64,000 nucleotides of DNA from assembly GCA_963829055.1 (NCBI GenBank), contig CAWHHI010000016.1, positions 800,001 to 864,000 of the forward strand. Direction: 5' to 3'. A program made the translations under genes and the position numbers. The first letter of the stretch is position 1. Every line of letters starts with the position of its first letter. Below the pieces are notes generated by a model. That model saw only the letters and a list, made by a program, of their open reading frames with translations. It was not told the origin of the DNA and searched no databases. This document shows, one piece after another, positions 19,268-31,412 of the stretch. The DNA comes from an uncultured Gemmatimonadaceae bacterium (GTDB taxonomy: Bacteria > Gemmatimonadota > Gemmatimonadetes > Gemmatimonadales > Gemmatimonadaceae).

Positions 19268-20742
19268 GACTTCCTGTCCTCCACAGCGCCGGCGAGTCGC
19301 TTGAACATCGTGCCGCGCTCCTCGTAGTTCTTGAACATGTCGAAGCTCGAGCAGGCCGGAGAGAGTAGCACGGCGTCGCCTGAAATCGCGAGTGCACGAG
19401 CCCGCTCGACGACCTCCTCGAACGACCGACCCATCTCTTCCGTTCGAACCACTGCCCCAATGTCCTTGACGATGATGGGCGCCGCTTCGCCGTATGCAAT
19501 GACAGCCTTCACGGTACGCCGCATCTCATCCGCGAGGCTGGCGTACGATTCACCCTTGTGACGCCCGCCGAGCAGCAGGATCGTCGGCCGCTGCATGCCG
19601 CGGAGCGCGACGAGGGTCGAGCCGACATTCGTCGCCTTCGAGTCGTTGATCCACTGCACACCGTCGTACTCGCCAGCGAGCTCGAGCCGATGCGGAAGTC
19701 CCTGAAAGCTCCGGAGAGAGTCGGCGAGTCGAGCGCGCGCGTCCGGCGTCTCGTGCGCCGGATCTGCGACCATCACTGACAGCAACGCGAACAGGGCGTT
19801 CGCCACGTTATGATCGCCGATCAGCGGAAGGTCCGCGCGCGCCGCGACCGGCTTGCCTAACACGACGAGCTGACCCTGCTCGCGATCGTACCACGCGCCG
19901 CCTTCACGACGCGTGAGCGACACGGGATACATGTCACCGCGCAGTGCTGCGCGCGCGGTAGTCACGCGCGCCGACGCGTCCTTCGCCGCGCGATCCGGTT
20001 GCACGCGTCGCGCGCCACGAGGCGGCGTCGGCGGGCGCCGCTCGGCGAGGCGCATGACGGAGTCTTCGTCTCCGTTGAGCACCCACTTGGAACGATCGGA
20101 CGCGTTGCGGAAGAGCAGCGCCTTGTCGGCGTAGTACTCGTCGACGCTTGCATACCGATCGAGGTGGTCAGCGCTGAGGTTCGTCACAACACCGACCACC
20201 GGATTGATGCTCGGTGTGTCGTGCAACTGGAACGACGATACTTCGAGCGAGACCCAGTCGGGACGTCGGTCGCGCAGTGCCACTTCGGACAACGGCATGC
20301 CAATGTTGCCCGCGGCGACCGCATCAAGCCCGAGCCCGCGCAGCAAATGCGCGGTCAGCGCGGTCACGGTCGATTTCCCGTTCGTCCCGGTGATTGCGAC
20401 GTAGCGCAGCGCGGGGATGGCGTGCAGCGCGACCTCGATCTCGCCAATGATCGGGAGGCCCGCCTCACGTGCGCGCTGCAGCGGAGCCGCGCTCGGAGGC
20501 ACGCCGGGGCTGGCCACCACCAGCGTCGCGCGCGCAACGCGCTCGACATCATGCGTGCCGACGTCGACTTCGACGCCGAGGGGTCTGAGCAAGGCGGCGC
20601 TCGTCTCGACGCCAGACCCGCTGCCGGCGTCGGATGCGTAAACGCGTGCGCCTTCCTTCGCCAGCAATGTGGAGACGGCAGTTCCGCTCTTACCGAGACC
20701 GATGACGGCGATCTCGCCGATGCGCCAGATGTCGGGAATCAC
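19264..20742 (-). CDS. murD: UDP-MurNAc-L-Ala--D-Glu ligase
   Basis: [44 protein letters not shown]. Confidence 0.95.
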   Translation of the reverse strand: MIPDIWRIGEIAVIGLGKSGTAVSTLLAKEGARVYASDAGSGSGVETSAALLRPLGVEVDVGTHDVERVARATLVVASPGVPPSAAPLQRAREAGLPIIGEIEVALHAIPALRYVAITGTNGKSTVTALTAHLLRGLGLDAVAAGNIGMPLSEVALRDRRPDWVSLEVSSFQLHDTPSINPVVGVVTNLSADHLDRYASVDEYYADKALLFRNASDRSKWVLNGDEDSVMRLAERRPPTPPRGARRVQPDRAAKDASARVTTARAALRGDMYPVSLTRREGGAWYDREQGQLVVLGKPVAARADLPLIGDHNVANALFALLSVMVADPAHETPDARARLADSLRSFQGLPHRLELAGEYDGVQWINDSKATNVGSTLVALRGMQRPTILLLGGRHKGESYASLADEMRRTVKAVIAYGEAAPIIVKDIGAVVRTEEMGRSFEEVVERARALAISGDAVLLSPACSSFDMFKNYEERGTMFKRLAGAVEDRKS

Positions 20743-21881
20743 CGCAGCTTCAACGTCGTTAGGGCGAAAAACGCGCACAGGATGCCGAGAATCCAGAATC
20801 GTGTCACGACCTGAACCTCGTGCCACCCCTTCAGCTCGAAGTGATGATGCAAGGGCGCGCGCCGGAAGAGGCGGCGGGCCTTCGCGTCCTCCAGGCCATA
20901 ACGATATTTGCGGTACTTGAATACTGACCGCTGCAGGATCACGGACAGCGTCTCGGCCACGAACACTCCGCCGACGATCAGCAGCAGGAACTCCGACTTG
21001 AGCAGGATCGCGACGGCGCCGAGCGCGCCACCGAGCGCCAGTGATCCGGTATCGCCCATGAAGACTTCGGCCGGATGCGAGTTGTACCAGAGGAACCCGA
21101 CACACGCTCCGAACATCGCGGAGCAGAAAATAGTCAGCTCTCCAGCGTTTCGCAGATAGAAAATATTGAGGTACGCGCTCGTATCCACTCGGCCCATCAC
21201 GTACGCGAACACCGCGAACGTCACGGCGGCGATCGCCGCGAGACCCGCGGCGAGTCCATCGAGACCATCCGTGAGATTCACTGCGTTACTCGTGCCCGTG
21301 AGAATGAACGTGACGAACGCGACGTAGAGCCATCCGAGCCAGAGCGTCGCGGGCACGATCAGCATCCATTTATAGAACGGGAGCGTCGTGGACGCGCCCG
21401 GGAGAGTCGAGAGCGGATGCTGCCAGACATAGATGCCGAGCGCGATGCCAGCGCTGACCTGGCCAATGAGCTTGTAGCGCTCGACGAGCCCTTCGTTCTT
21501 CTTCCCTTCCCGCTTCTGCTTGAACTTGAGATAATCGTCGAGGAAACCGATGCCACCCATCCAGGCCATGACGAGCAGAGCGCATAACGCGTAGCGATTG
21601 TCGAGTCGCACCCAGAGCAACGTGGGCACGATCGTCGCCGCGAGGATGATGAGCCCGCCCATGGTGGGCGTGGAGCTCTTGACCTTGTGGGAATCCGGCG
21701 TGCCTTCGCGGACGACCTGATTCATCTGCAGGCGTCTCAGCGCGCGGACGATCATCGGACCGACGATGAACGCGACGAGCAGCGCCGTCACCGCCGCCGC
21801 GGCCGCGCGGAAGGAGATGTAGCGGACGATGCGAAACGCCGAGAAATACTTCGTCAGCGGGATGAGGAGGTAGTAAAGCAA
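20739..21881 (-). CDS. mraY: Phospho-MurNAc-pentapeptide transferase
   Basis: [38 protein letters not shown]. Confidence 0.97.
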   Translation of the reverse strand: MLYYLLIPLTKYFSAFRIVRYISFRAAAAAVTALLVAFIVGPMIVRALRRLQMNQVVREGTPDSHKVKSSTPTMGGLIILAATIVPTLLWVRLDNRYALCALLVMAWMGGIGFLDDYLKFKQKREGKKNEGLVERYKLIGQVSAGIALGIYVWQHPLSTLPGASTTLPFYKWMLIVPATLWLGWLYVAFVTFILTGTSNAVNLTDGLDGLAAGLAAIAAVTFAVFAYVMGRVDTSAYLNIFYLRNAGELTIFCSAMFGACVGFLWYNSHPAEVFMGDTGSLALGGALGAVAILLKSEFLLLIVGGVFVAETLSVILQRSVFKYRKYRYGLEDAKARRLFRRAPLHHHFELKGWHEVQVVTRFWILGILCAFFALTTLKLR

Positions 21882-21898
21882 AGTCTTTCCGGAGAGGG

Positions 21899-21945
21899 CG
21901 CTGGTAGCTGGGTGGTCGTGCTTGTTGCTGGGTGACGCTTGTTGC
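21899..21945. repeat. Partial third copy of the heptamer-built repeat element
   Basis: 21907-21934 (GCTGGGTGGTCGTGCTTGTTGCTGGGTG) is identical to 5181-5208. Confidence 0.8.
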
Positions 21946-21967
21946 TTCGGGCTTGCTGATAGCTACT

Positions 21968-23371
21968 TCATTTCCCCTCGATCAGGGGAATCAATCTTTC
22001 CAGCCGCGTTCCGCGAGAGCCCTTCAACAAGATCACCGCGTCAGGCGCCAACCGGGGTGCGAGGGCTGGCCACACCTCGGGCGCGTCGGCCGCGGTCACC
22101 ACTCTCGGATCGTTCGGCGCGGCGTTCAGGAGAGCGCGAGCGAACTCCCCGATGCCCGCTATAATGTGCGCCGGCCCGGACAACGCGAGCCTCGCGATCT
22201 CGTCGTGCAACGCCGGCCCCGCAGCGCCTAACTCCAGCATCGATCCCAGAATCGCCACGCGCTGTCGCGTCGTATCCAACGACGCCAGCATTCGGAGCGA
22301 TTCCCGCGCAGACGCCGGGTTCGCGTTGTACGCATCGTTGATCACCGTACGCGCGCCCATCTGCACCCAGGCGCTGCGCATTGGCAGCACTGGCGTGCGC
22401 GCGATGCCGGCGGCGGCATCCTCCATCGAGACTCCGAGTGCGCGCGCCACCGCGACGGCGAGCATGGCATTTCGGAGGTTGTGCTCTCCTCGGAGCGGCG
22501 GCTTCACCTCGACGTCGCCGAATCGAAGCACGCCCGCACCGTCGGGCGAGATGGTCCACGCGTCGGGCTTCAGGTCACCGGCGTCGAGACCGGCCGACAT
22601 CGTCGCTCGCGCCCGATCGCGCGCGGCACCACCGATCTCCGGCTGTCCCGCGGGCACGATAGCCACATCCACGCCGTCGAACACCGCGGTCTCCTCGCGC
22701 AGCACCCCCGCGAGATCGACCAGTCCCTCGAGATGCTCCTCGCCGATGGATGTAACCACGGCGACGTCCGGCTCGGCGAGCGCTCGCAGCGCCGCGACCT
22801 CCCCCGGATGATTCGTGCCGATCTCCACGACGGCCACGTCCGCCTCATCAGGAATCGCGAGCAGCGTGAGCGGGACGCCGACGTGATTGTTCAGATTTCC
22901 GCGCGTCGCGTACACCGCGAGCCGAGTTCCGAGCGCAGCGCTCGTCAATTCCTTCGTGCTCGTCTTTCCATTGGAGCCTGCGATCGCGACGACGGTCTTG
23001 CCCCAGGCACGACGCCGGTAGCGCCCGAGCAGGCCTAACGCGATCGTCGTGTCCGCCACGACGAACACCGGCACGCCGAGTTGTGCCGCGACAGTCGCGT
23101 CGCTCACGACGACAGCGGAAGCGCCCTTCTTCACCGCCTCGGCGACAAACGTGTGTGCGTCGAAGCGCTCGCCGCGGAGCGCGACGAACAACTCGCCGGG
23201 CGCCACAGTACGTGTGTCAGTGTTCACCGCGGACAGCGCCGTGGATCCGCGGGGAGCCGGCGTCACGGACACGTCCGCGAGCGCGTCCGCGACACGGTCG
23301 AGCGTCCAGAATATCGCGTTCGGGGTGGATTGCGACGTGCCGCTCAGAGGACCTGCCACGACGTGAGTCAC
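21968..23371 (-). CDS. murF: UDP-MurNAc-tripeptide--D-Ala-D-Ala ligase
   Basis: DTRTV, GSNGKTSTK, NNHVGVP, NDAYNANP, LKGSRG; start uncertain. Confidence 0.94.
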   Translation of the reverse strand: MTHVVAGPLSGTSQSTPNAIFWTLDRVADALADVSVTPAPRGSTALSAVNTDTRTVAPGELFVALRGERFDAHTFVAEAVKKGASAVVVSDATVAAQLGVPVFVVADTTIALGLLGRYRRRAWGKTVVAIAGSNGKTSTKELTSAALGTRLAVYATRGNLNNHVGVPLTLLAIPDEADVAVVEIGTNHPGEVAALRALAEPDVAVVTSIGEEHLEGLVDLAGVLREETAVFDGVDVAIVPAGQPEIGGAARDRARATMSAGLDAGDLKPDAWTISPDGAGVLRFGDVEVKPPLRGEHNLRNAMLAVAVARALGVSMEDAAAGIARTPVLPMRSAWVQMGARTVINDAYNANPASARESLRMLASLDTTRQRVAILGSMLELGAAGPALHDEIARLALSGPAHIIAGIGEFARALLNAAPNDPRVVTAADAPEVWPALAPRLAPDAVILLKGSRGTRLERLIPLIEGK

Positions 23372-23375
23372 GCGC

Positions 23376-24854
23376 TCAGGATCGGATCGGTGAATCGGGA
23401 GCGAGCTCGCGGACGATCTCGCGCTCGTCGAATGGATACGCGATCGTCCCGCGAATCTGGTACGTCTCGTGGCCCTTTCCGGCGAGGACGACGACGTCGT
23501 CGGGCGCGGCAATGGTCAGCGCGCGCGCGATGGCGTCGTGCCGGTCGGTGATGCGCTCGTGATTTGCGCCGTGCATTCCCGCTTCGATGTCGTCGATGAT
23601 GCGGTCCGGGTCCTCGGTCCGCGGATTGTCGCTCGTCACGATCGCGAGATCCGCGAGCCGCTCGGCGATTCCGCCCATCACCGGCCGCTTGCCGCGATCT
23701 CGGTCACCGCCGCAGCCGAACACCACGATCAGTCGGCGCTCCGCGAATGGACGCACGGCGAGCAGAGCGCGCTCGAGTGCGTCGGGCGTGTGAGCGTAAT
23801 CGCGAAGGACCGTCGGGCGCTCGTAGACGCGTTCGAGGCGACCGGGTACCTGCGGGAGTGTCGAGAGGCGCTGGGCGATGACGTCCACGCTCAGGCCTAA
23901 CGCCCATGCCGCCGCGGCGGCGCCGAGCGCGTTGGCGACGTTGAAATCACCAACGAGCGGCAGACGAACCGCCGACGCGGCGCCGCCCGCCTCGAGTGTC
24001 CACTCGCTACCGCGCGGAGTGTACCGGACGTCCGATGCACACATGTCGGCATCGTGCCCCGCGAGCGAGAAGTGCACCTGGCGCGGCACACGCGCCAGCA
24101 CTTTCCACGCGTCGTCGTCGGCGTTGACTACCGCGGCCCCTCCCGGCGCGAGGTAGTCGATCAGTCGCGCCTTCGCCGCGACGTACGCTTCCATCGTGCC
24201 GTGATAGTCGAGATGGTCGCGCGTTAGGTTCGTGAACACGGCAGCCGCGAACTCGAGGCCGTCGACGCGACGCTGATCGAGGCTGTGCGACGACACCTCC
24301 ATCGCCACGCTCGTGACGCCGGCGTCGACGAGCGCGCGCAGGACGCGCTGCAGCTCGATCGGGCCGGGCGTCGTGAGGCCACCGCCTCCCTGCTGCGCCG
24401 TCCCTTCACTGCCGACGAGCACGCCGAGCGTTCCGATCGACGCGCTTCGTCCAGCGCGGTCCTCGTCGAGCAGGTGGCGGAGAATCCCGACCGTCGTGGT
24501 CTTCCCGTTCGTGCCGGTGACACCCACGAGCCTCAGCTTCGCTCCGGGCTCACCATAAGCCGCTGCGGCTGCGATCGGCGCCGCACGGCGCGCATCGCGC
24601 ACGACGAACGACGGGAGAGTCGTCCGAGATGCGTCTTCGACAATCGTTGCGCCCGCGCGGTCAGCGATCGCCGCGAGAAAGTCGTGTCCGTCGCGCGCGG
24701 TGCCACGCACGGCAACGAACAGCGCGCCCGGCGTCACCTGGCGGCTGTCGTCGGTGATACCGGTGAGCTGTCCGGGCAGCCTCCCACGAACCTCGACCAG
24801 CAATCCGGCTCGCTCGAGCGCTTCCTGCACGAGGTGCGACGCGAAGGTCGTCAT
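23376..24854 (-). CDS. murE: UDP-MurNAc-L-Ala-D-Glu--DAP ligase
   Basis: TGTNGKTT, MEVSSH, DYAHTPDAL, DNPR (DAP-type specificity motif), AGKGHE. Confidence 0.95.
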   Translation of the reverse strand: MTTFASHLVQEALERAGLLVEVRGRLPGQLTGITDDSRQVTPGALFVAVRGTARDGHDFLAAIADRAGATIVEDASRTTLPSFVVRDARRAAPIAAAAAYGEPGAKLRLVGVTGTNGKTTTVGILRHLLDEDRAGRSASIGTLGVLVGSEGTAQQGGGGLTTPGPIELQRVLRALVDAGVTSVAMEVSSHSLDQRRVDGLEFAAAVFTNLTRDHLDYHGTMEAYVAAKARLIDYLAPGGAAVVNADDDAWKVLARVPRQVHFSLAGHDADMCASDVRYTPRGSEWTLEAGGAASAVRLPLVGDFNVANALGAAAAAWALGLSVDVIAQRLSTLPQVPGRLERVYERPTVLRDYAHTPDALERALLAVRPFAERRLIVVFGCGGDRDRGKRPVMGGIAERLADLAIVTSDNPRTEDPDRIIDDIEAGMHGANHERITDRHDAIARALTIAAPDDVVVLAGKGHETYQIRGTIAYPFDEREIVRELAPDSPIRS

Positions 24855-24864
24855 CGCGTCTGGC

Positions 24865-26884
24865 TCATCGTGGCTGATACAGCCGGACAATGGAGCCGGT
24901 GCGAAGCGACGTGCCCGCCTCCGGCGCCGTGCCTGGCGCGCCCGCGACGACCTGCACGCGGAATCCCGATTCGTGCAACGAGAGCACCGCCGCGCGCAGC
25001 GGGAGACCACTGACGTCCGGGATGGGTCGCAGGCGAATCGGCGCCGCGGGCGCGCGCTGACGCTCCGTGAGGCTTACCACGAACGGCACGCTCGCGCGCT
25101 CGCCGGGATCCCGGAGCGAGTCGCTGCTTACTTCATCGACCAAGCCGGCGGCGACCGTGATCTGTCGCGGCTTCTGCGTATCGGCGGCCGCTTTCGGACC
25201 GCTGTCGCGCGACGCGAACACGGGCTCCGTCCGGCGCCGCGTTAGGGCGTTCCGATCGATGGCTGCGTCGCGCGCCGCGATGGCCGCTTCGAGAACCACT
25301 TTGGACACCGGTGCCGCTGTCTTTCCGCCGTAGTACGATCCCTTCGGGTTGTCGAGCTTCACCAGAATCACGTACTGTGGGTTCTCCGCGGGGAACAGAC
25401 CGACGAACGAGGCTGTGTACGAGCCGGCGACGTACCGCCCGTTCGACATGCCGCGCGAGGTTCCGCTCTTTCCGCTGACTCCGAACGTCGTCATCTCGGC
25501 GTCCTTCGCCGTGCCGCTGTCCACGACCGCCGTGAGCAACGCGCGAAGCTGGGCGGCGCCCTGCGGCGTGAGCACTCGACGCACGACGCGGCGGCCCGGC
25601 GAGTAGACCACACGTCCATCCAGATCCCGCACCTCTTTTATCAGCTGGGGCTCGAGGAGCTCTCCGCCGTTCGCGATCGATGCGTACGCGAGCGCGAGCT
25701 GCAGCGGCGTCACGGAGATCTCGTAGCCCATGGCGAGCGACGCTGGCGACTGCTTGGACCAGCGGCTCGGCGGCCGAAGCGTTCCCGCCGCTTCGCCGGG
25801 ATACGGTACACCGGTGGGCGTGCCGAAACCGAAATCGCGCAGCGATTCGTACTGCTCACGCGGCGTGAGGCGCTCGGCGAAACGCGCGATGCCCGACGTT
25901 GCTCGAGAAGCGAATCACATCCGCGAGCGACAGACGCGGCGCCGCGTGAATGTCGTGAATCGTGCGGCCGAACGTCTTGTACGAGCCGTTGTACGTCTCG
26001 ATCACTTCATCTACCCGGGCCTTGCCGCGAGCGAGCAGCGCCGCCGCCGTGAATGGCTTGAGCGTGGACCCTGGTTGATACGGCTCGTTGATCGCAGTCG
26101 CGGAGCTCGCGAGCGGATCTCGGCGGCGCGACGCCATCGCGCGAATCTCGCCGGTGTTGGGATCGAGCACGACGATGTCGCCACCGTCCGCGCTCATGCT
26201 CGAAACGGCGTTGCCGAGCGCCTGGTCGGCGATCGACTGCAGGCTGCTGTTGATGGTCAGCGAGACGGTGTGCCCGGGCAGCGCGTCCGCGCTCAACTCG
26301 TCAGGCGACTCGAATCGGCGGCCACGCACGTCCTTCACCAGCGAGACCGTGCCTTTCGTGCCGCGGAGCAGGCTGTCGAGCACCAACTCGATGCCGTCGG
26401 TTCCTTCGCCCTGCGGATTCGCGTGGCCGATGATCCGCTGCGCGCCGCCACTCGCCAAGTAAACGCGTTCACCGACAGGCGCCGCATACACTCCGCGCAT
26501 GGAGATGATCGACGCTACGTCACTCGGCACGAAGCTGCCGGGCAGTTGCACCCATTTCCGCTTCGGATCGTTCAGGCGCGTGAGCCAGGACGCATCGAGG
26601 CCAATGCGTTTGAGCTCGCGCGCGAGCTTTTTCGGATCGCGAATTTCTGGCGTCGCGATGCTGATCTGCACGCGCTCGCGGCTTTCCGCGAGCGGGACGC
26701 CCGAGGCGTCGAGAATCAGCCCGCGCGGTGCCGGAATGGACGACGCGGCTACGTGCTGGCGCGTCGCCTTCGCCTGCCATTGTTTGCCCTGCCAGACCTG
26801 GACCTGCGCGGCGCGCACGATGATGGCCGCGGCAAAGACGCCGAGCGCCAGGTGGACCACGGCGATTCGCTTAGTTTGGAGCAT
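24865..26884 (-). CDS. ftsI: Class B penicillin-binding protein FtsI with C-terminal PASTA-like region (frameshift near 25892)
   Basis: PGSTLK (SxxK) and SSN (SxN) in ORF 25856-26884; KSG in ORF 24865-25731; one extra G at SSNVG. Confidence 0.9.
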
Positions 26885-27221
26885 TGCGCGGCGGCAGCGA
26901 AGCGTCTTTTCTCTGGATCACGATGACCTGACTGTCACTCGGCATTCGAAGCCGCAGCCGCTGCTCGACCAGCGGCGTGAGCTTGTCTCGACTCGCGGCC
27001 TCACGGATCTCGCGTTCCAACTGCGCCCGTTGCGCCCGGAGATCCATGCGCTGGCGTTCGAGCTGCTGTACCAGACGTGACTGCGAGTGACCGAACGAGC
27101 GTCTCCAGATGACGCTCGTCGCCACGAGGACGAAACCAAAAAGTGTGAGCGCGACCACGGAACGACCCCGGCGTCGCGTCACGCTGCCGCCACCTCTCCT
27201 GGCTACTGCGCGCTTCGCCAT
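26871..27221 (-). CDS. ftsL: Cell division protein FtsL-like
   Basis: Basic N-terminus, single TM and coiled coil; lies between rsmH and ftsI. Confidence 0.75.
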   Translation of the reverse strand: MAKRAVARRGGGSVTRRRGRSVVALTLFGFVLVATSVIWRRSFGHSQSRLVQQLERQRMDLRAQRAQLEREIREAASRDKLTPLVEQRLRLRMPSDSQVIVIQRKDASLPPRNAPN

Positions 27222-28153
27222 GCTCGGAGCCTCGCGCTGCGCGACCGTGGATTGCGGCTGGCTTCCTCGGGTGATGCGGTGACCGACTTTCGCGTCACGA
27301 GCGTTCCCAGTGCGTGACCGCGACAGGTACACATCGGCTGACGCGGAGGGCAGATGCAGCTGGCACTCCAGTCGCGGAAGGCGTTCTTCACGACTCGATC
27401 CTCGCCCGAGTGATACGCGATCACGGCGAACGTGCCGCCAGGATTGAGTCTGTCGCGGAGCGAGTCCAGCGCGCGTTCGAGGCCCCCGATCTCGTCGTTG
27501 ACGGCGATACGCACCGCCTGAAACAGCCGCGCGAAATCGGCGGGACCTGTGCGCGGCCCGAGTGCGCCTCTGATCGCGCCGACGAGATCATCGCTCGTGA
27601 CGAACGGCCGGTTGCCGCGACGACGTACAATCTCGCGCGCGAGTCGCATCGCGCGATGCTCGTCGGCGTATTCACGGAAGATCGACGCGAGCTCCACTTC
27701 GTCGGCGGTGGACAGCAACGTCGCGGCATCGCTCGTGGCGTCGGTACCCATGCGCATGTCGAGCGGCACGCCTTCTCGAAACGAGAAGCCGCGCGCGGGA
27801 TCATCGAGTTGATGCGACGACACGCCGAGATCCAGAAGGATGCCATCGAACCTCACGCCATCGAGCGCAGGAATCGCGTCGAGATCGGCGTAGTTGCCCA
27901 ACAGCGCGCGGAACCTGCCTTCGCTCTGGTAGGTTGCCAGACGACGCTCCGCGGCACCGATAGCTTCGGGATCGCGATCGATCGCGGTGACATCCGCCCC
28001 GGTCGCGAGCAAGGCCAACGAGTGACCGCCACCACCAAGAGTGCCGTCGAGAATCGACCGCCCACCGGAGAAAAGGGCGACGACTTCGTCGGCCAGTACC
28101 GGTGCGTGGTACGTGCTATCCCATGGCCCGACAGTCGACTCGGGAAGGGTCAT
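27203..28153 (-). CDS. rsmH: 16S rRNA m4C1402 methyltransferase
   Basis: HAPVL, DGTLGGGGHS, DLGVSSHQLD, FQAVRIAVN, NPRSRSARLR. Confidence 0.96.
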   Translation of the reverse strand: MTLPESTVGPWDSTYHAPVLADEVVALFSGGRSILDGTLGGGGHSLALLATGADVTAIDRDPEAIGAAERRLATYQSEGRFRALLGNYADLDAIPALDGVRFDGILLDLGVSSHQLDDPARGFSFREGVPLDMRMGTDATSDAATLLSTADEVELASIFREYADEHRAMRLAREIVRRRGNRPFVTSDDLVGAIRGALGPRTGPADFARLFQAVRIAVNDEIGGLERALDSLRDRLNPGGTFAVIAYHSGEDRVVKNAFRDWSASCICPPRQPMCTCRGHALGTLVTRKSVTASPEEASRNPRSRSARLRAWRSAQ

Positions 28154-28323
28154 GTTACTGACAGCCATTCGACCAGATCAAGCGCCAGATGCCTCCGTAG
28201 GGCCGGTAAGGCCGTGGCCGGTTTTTCGCGTACCTCGACAGCAATGACAACGGCAGATATAACGGCGGCATCGAGGTCGAGGTGGACATTTGCCCCTAAC
28301 GATAAGGTAGCCAACAAGACGCG

Positions 28324-29320
28324 ATGAATGACCGAAGGCGCGGCCAACGCTCGAAGATTGCGGAGCGGCGAACGACCGCGATACGACCCGGGGCACAAGC
28401 CCGGTCGCGACGACACATTGCGATCGTGGTGCACGGTGCGCGTGCGGAATTTCCCGGCCTGCGTCATCTCGTCGAGTGGATGCGAGCGAAGGGTCACAGG
28501 GTGCGTGCTCGGGTGACGTGGGAGTCGGGCGACGGGGCGATGTTCGCGCGCGAGGCCATCGAGGCGGGCGCGGACACCGTTGTCGCCTGCGGCGGCGACG
28601 GCATGGTCAACGAGGTCGTGAATGGACTCGAGGGCACTGACGTCGGACTGGGAATCATTCCGGCCGGAACCGCAAACGATTTCGCGCGACAGGTCGGGAT
28701 CCCCGACGACCCGAGCGCCGCGATGGACATCGTGCTCCGACGAAAGCCGGTGATCATCGATACCGCCGCGATGAACGGCCGCCGATTTCTGAATGTCTCG
28801 TCGGGTGGTATCGGTGCCGAAGCAACCGCCGAGACACCGGCGGACGCGAAGGCGTCGCTCGGCGCCGTCGCGTACTTCATCTCGGGGTTGCGCAAGCTCG
28901 CGGGCTTCGAGCCACGGCGGGCGCTGTTCGAGGCGCCGGGGTTTCGCGTCGAGATGGACTTCCTCCTGTTCGCGGTTGGCAACGCGCGCGCGACAGGTGG
29001 TGGCACGCTGGTCACGCCACGCGCGAGCGTGCGCGACGGCTTGCTCGACGTCTGCATCATTGGCGCGATGCCGAGGAAGGAGTTCGCGACGCTGGTGCTG
29101 CGAGTAAAGCGTGGTGAGCATCTCGAGGCGGACGGTGTTCGCTACATGCAGGTACCGTGGTTTCAGATCACGTCAGACGAACCGATGACGGTGAACGTCG
29201 ATGGCGAGCCCGCAGAGGTGCGCGCAGGTGCGATATGAATCGCGGCCGCGGGATCTGTTGATTCACCTCCCGCGCCTGCCTGGGCATCGTCGCTCGGTCG
29301 AGCGTGATGTGCCTGGTTGA
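28324..29320 (+). CDS. YegS/diacylglycerol kinase family lipid kinase (probable frameshift near 29227)
   Basis: GGDGMVNEV, PAGTANDFAR, DGLLDV, NVDGE; a plausible C-terminus VRYESRPRDLLIHLP continues in another frame to TGA 29320. Confidence 0.85.
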
Positions 29321-29413
29321 GAGTCGGGGTGCTGATCCGAAGGTCGTTGATGACGAAGCGCCCGCCGTCGAAAAGACGGCGGGCGCTTCGCGTTAGGTCC
29401 AATGTCGTGTGGG

Positions 29414-31161
29414 CTATTTGCCCTTACAGAGCGCCTTCACCATCTGGTCGCCGTACGGCGAAAGTTGCTGCAGAGCGCCCATCAGCTTTCCGGCTTCGTC
29501 CTTGAACTGCTGGGCGCCGCGCGGAATGAAGATCTGGGCCTGCGTGAAGTCGTCGGTCGCTTCCTTGGCCATGTCGCAGCTCTTCTTGTCACGTGCCTGC
29601 TCGAGGAGCGCCTGGCCCTTCTGCAGGTGCGTTGCCCCCTGCAGGAACGCGGCGGCCGGCGTCTGCTGCACGCTATCGCTGAACGCGAGTAGTGTCAGAG
29701 CGCGTCTGAACCCTTCGATATCCTTCGGCGTGGCCGCTGCGGCCTTCTTCGATTCCGCCTGCCCGAGCCCGGTCGCGTAGGTGGCGACCAAGCCAGCCGA
29801 GTCGCCAGCCGCGATCGCACTGCGCAGGGACTTCAGAACGGTATCGGGCGGTGCGCCAGCGTCGGACTGTGCCCGCGCGATCGGCAGCCAGATACCCTGG
29901 ATCTTCGGGTTGACGGCCAGAATTCCCTTGGCCTGTTCGATCGCCTGCGCGGTCTGCCCGGTCTGAATGAGCAGCTGCACATAGGTCGACGCGATGCCCA
30001 TGTTGTTCGGGAACTTCGCGCGTCCCTTGGCGAGCGTCTCCGCCGCCTTCTGGAACTGGCTGTCCGCGGCGTACCCAGCCGCCTGACGCATGAAGAACGT
30101 GGTGTCCGCCGACGCCGTGTCGAGCTTCACCATCTCTTCTCCGATGCCGAGCCCGCCCTTCACGTCCTTGGCCGCGAAGTGCACGAGCCACTGGAGCTTC
30201 ACGAGCGAGGCGTCACCGGGGTTGTTCTTGACGGCGTCGTCGACGATCGGCAACGCGAGCGACGCGCGACCGCTGCCGGCGAGCACGTTCACGACCTGCG
30301 CCTGGAGGCGCGTGTTGTTCGGGTCAAGCGAGATGAGGCGCGTCAGCGCTTCGATCTGCTTGTCCTCCATCTTCTTCTCGGCGTACGCGTCGGCCGCAAA
30401 GGCGAGCGCACGCTTGTTGTCCTTGTGGATGTTCAGGATCTGCTCGCTGATCGCGATCATGGAGTCCGCACCGAGCTTCTGCTCGTTGTAGACCTCCGCG
30501 ATGCAGACGCGAGGCATGACCGCGTTTGGATACGCGGCGATCCCCTTGCGAGCTTCGGCGATCGCACCAGCGTAGTTCTTGGCGCGAGACAGCTCGATGC
30601 ACTTCTTCGCCGGGTCGACCTGCTTACGCGCAGCTTCGACGGCGTTCGAGATCGGCTTCGCCGCGTCTGACACTTTCGCGACGTCAACGGGCGGCAATGG
30701 CTGCACCATGCCGTCCGGCCGAATCAGCTGCATGTTCGCGGTGACGCGATAGCCCGTGGGCGTCTTCTCGACGGTGCCTTCGACGTATTCCTCCGCTCGC
30801 AGCAGTTGCGCGAGCGCCCGAGCGTCGTTGGAGCTGAGCGCTTCGGTGGTCGAGTAGCCCGAGTTCACCAGAGTCGTCATGATGTCGGACTTGGGAACGA
30901 TCCAGAGCGTCTTGAGCTGAAAGTCCTGGCCCATTCGCTCGCGGACCGCTTCCGCGGCCTGAAGTCCGAGTCCGCGCTCACTGCTGCGGAACGTCGGCAC
31001 CATGAATCTGGGACCTGCCGTCTGGCCACGTTGCAACGTCTGCGTCTGCGCATTGACCGTCGCGAACGCACCACTGGCCACTGCACCTATGAACAACCCC
31101 ATCAACGTTCGCGCGTGGCGTTGCCGTGCCTTCACAGTCATCTCCTCCGAAACGTTGAACA
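29414..31161 (-). CDS. Exported TPR-repeat protein
   Basis: Signal-peptide-like segment (LFIGAVASGAFATVNA) and repeated TPR turns (AYPNA, LDPNN, NNPGD, KFPNN); start uncertain. Confidence 0.75.
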
Positions 31162-31243
31162 TGGTACCCCCCACCCGGATCACAGGGTCCAGCGTTTACG
31201 AGCACTACTCTGGCGTTTCACTCGCGGTCCAGTCGCATTCCCA

Positions 31244-31317
31244 TGGGCGAAGAGGGACTCGAACCCCCGACATCCTGCGTGTAAGGCAGGCGCTCTAACC
31301 AACTGAGCTATTCGCCC
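31244..31317 (-). tRNA. tRNA-Val (anticodon TAC), CCA not encoded
   Basis: GGGCGAATAGCTCAGTTGGTTAGAGCGCCTGCCTTACACGCAGGATGTCGGGGGTTCGAGTCCCTCTTCGCCCA folds as a cloverleaf. Confidence 0.97.
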
Positions 31318-31412
31318 GCACCTGGCCGCACGCACCTGACTACGACCAAAACGCAATCGCTCTGCCAGCGGCTCCGCGAATCGCTGGCAGGGCAAGAAAA
31401 TGACCAATTCTA

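Noticed and set aside
31244..31317. Genomic island integrated at tRNA-Val
   Set aside because: No integrase, no duplicated tRNA 3' end noticed and no obvious composition shift.
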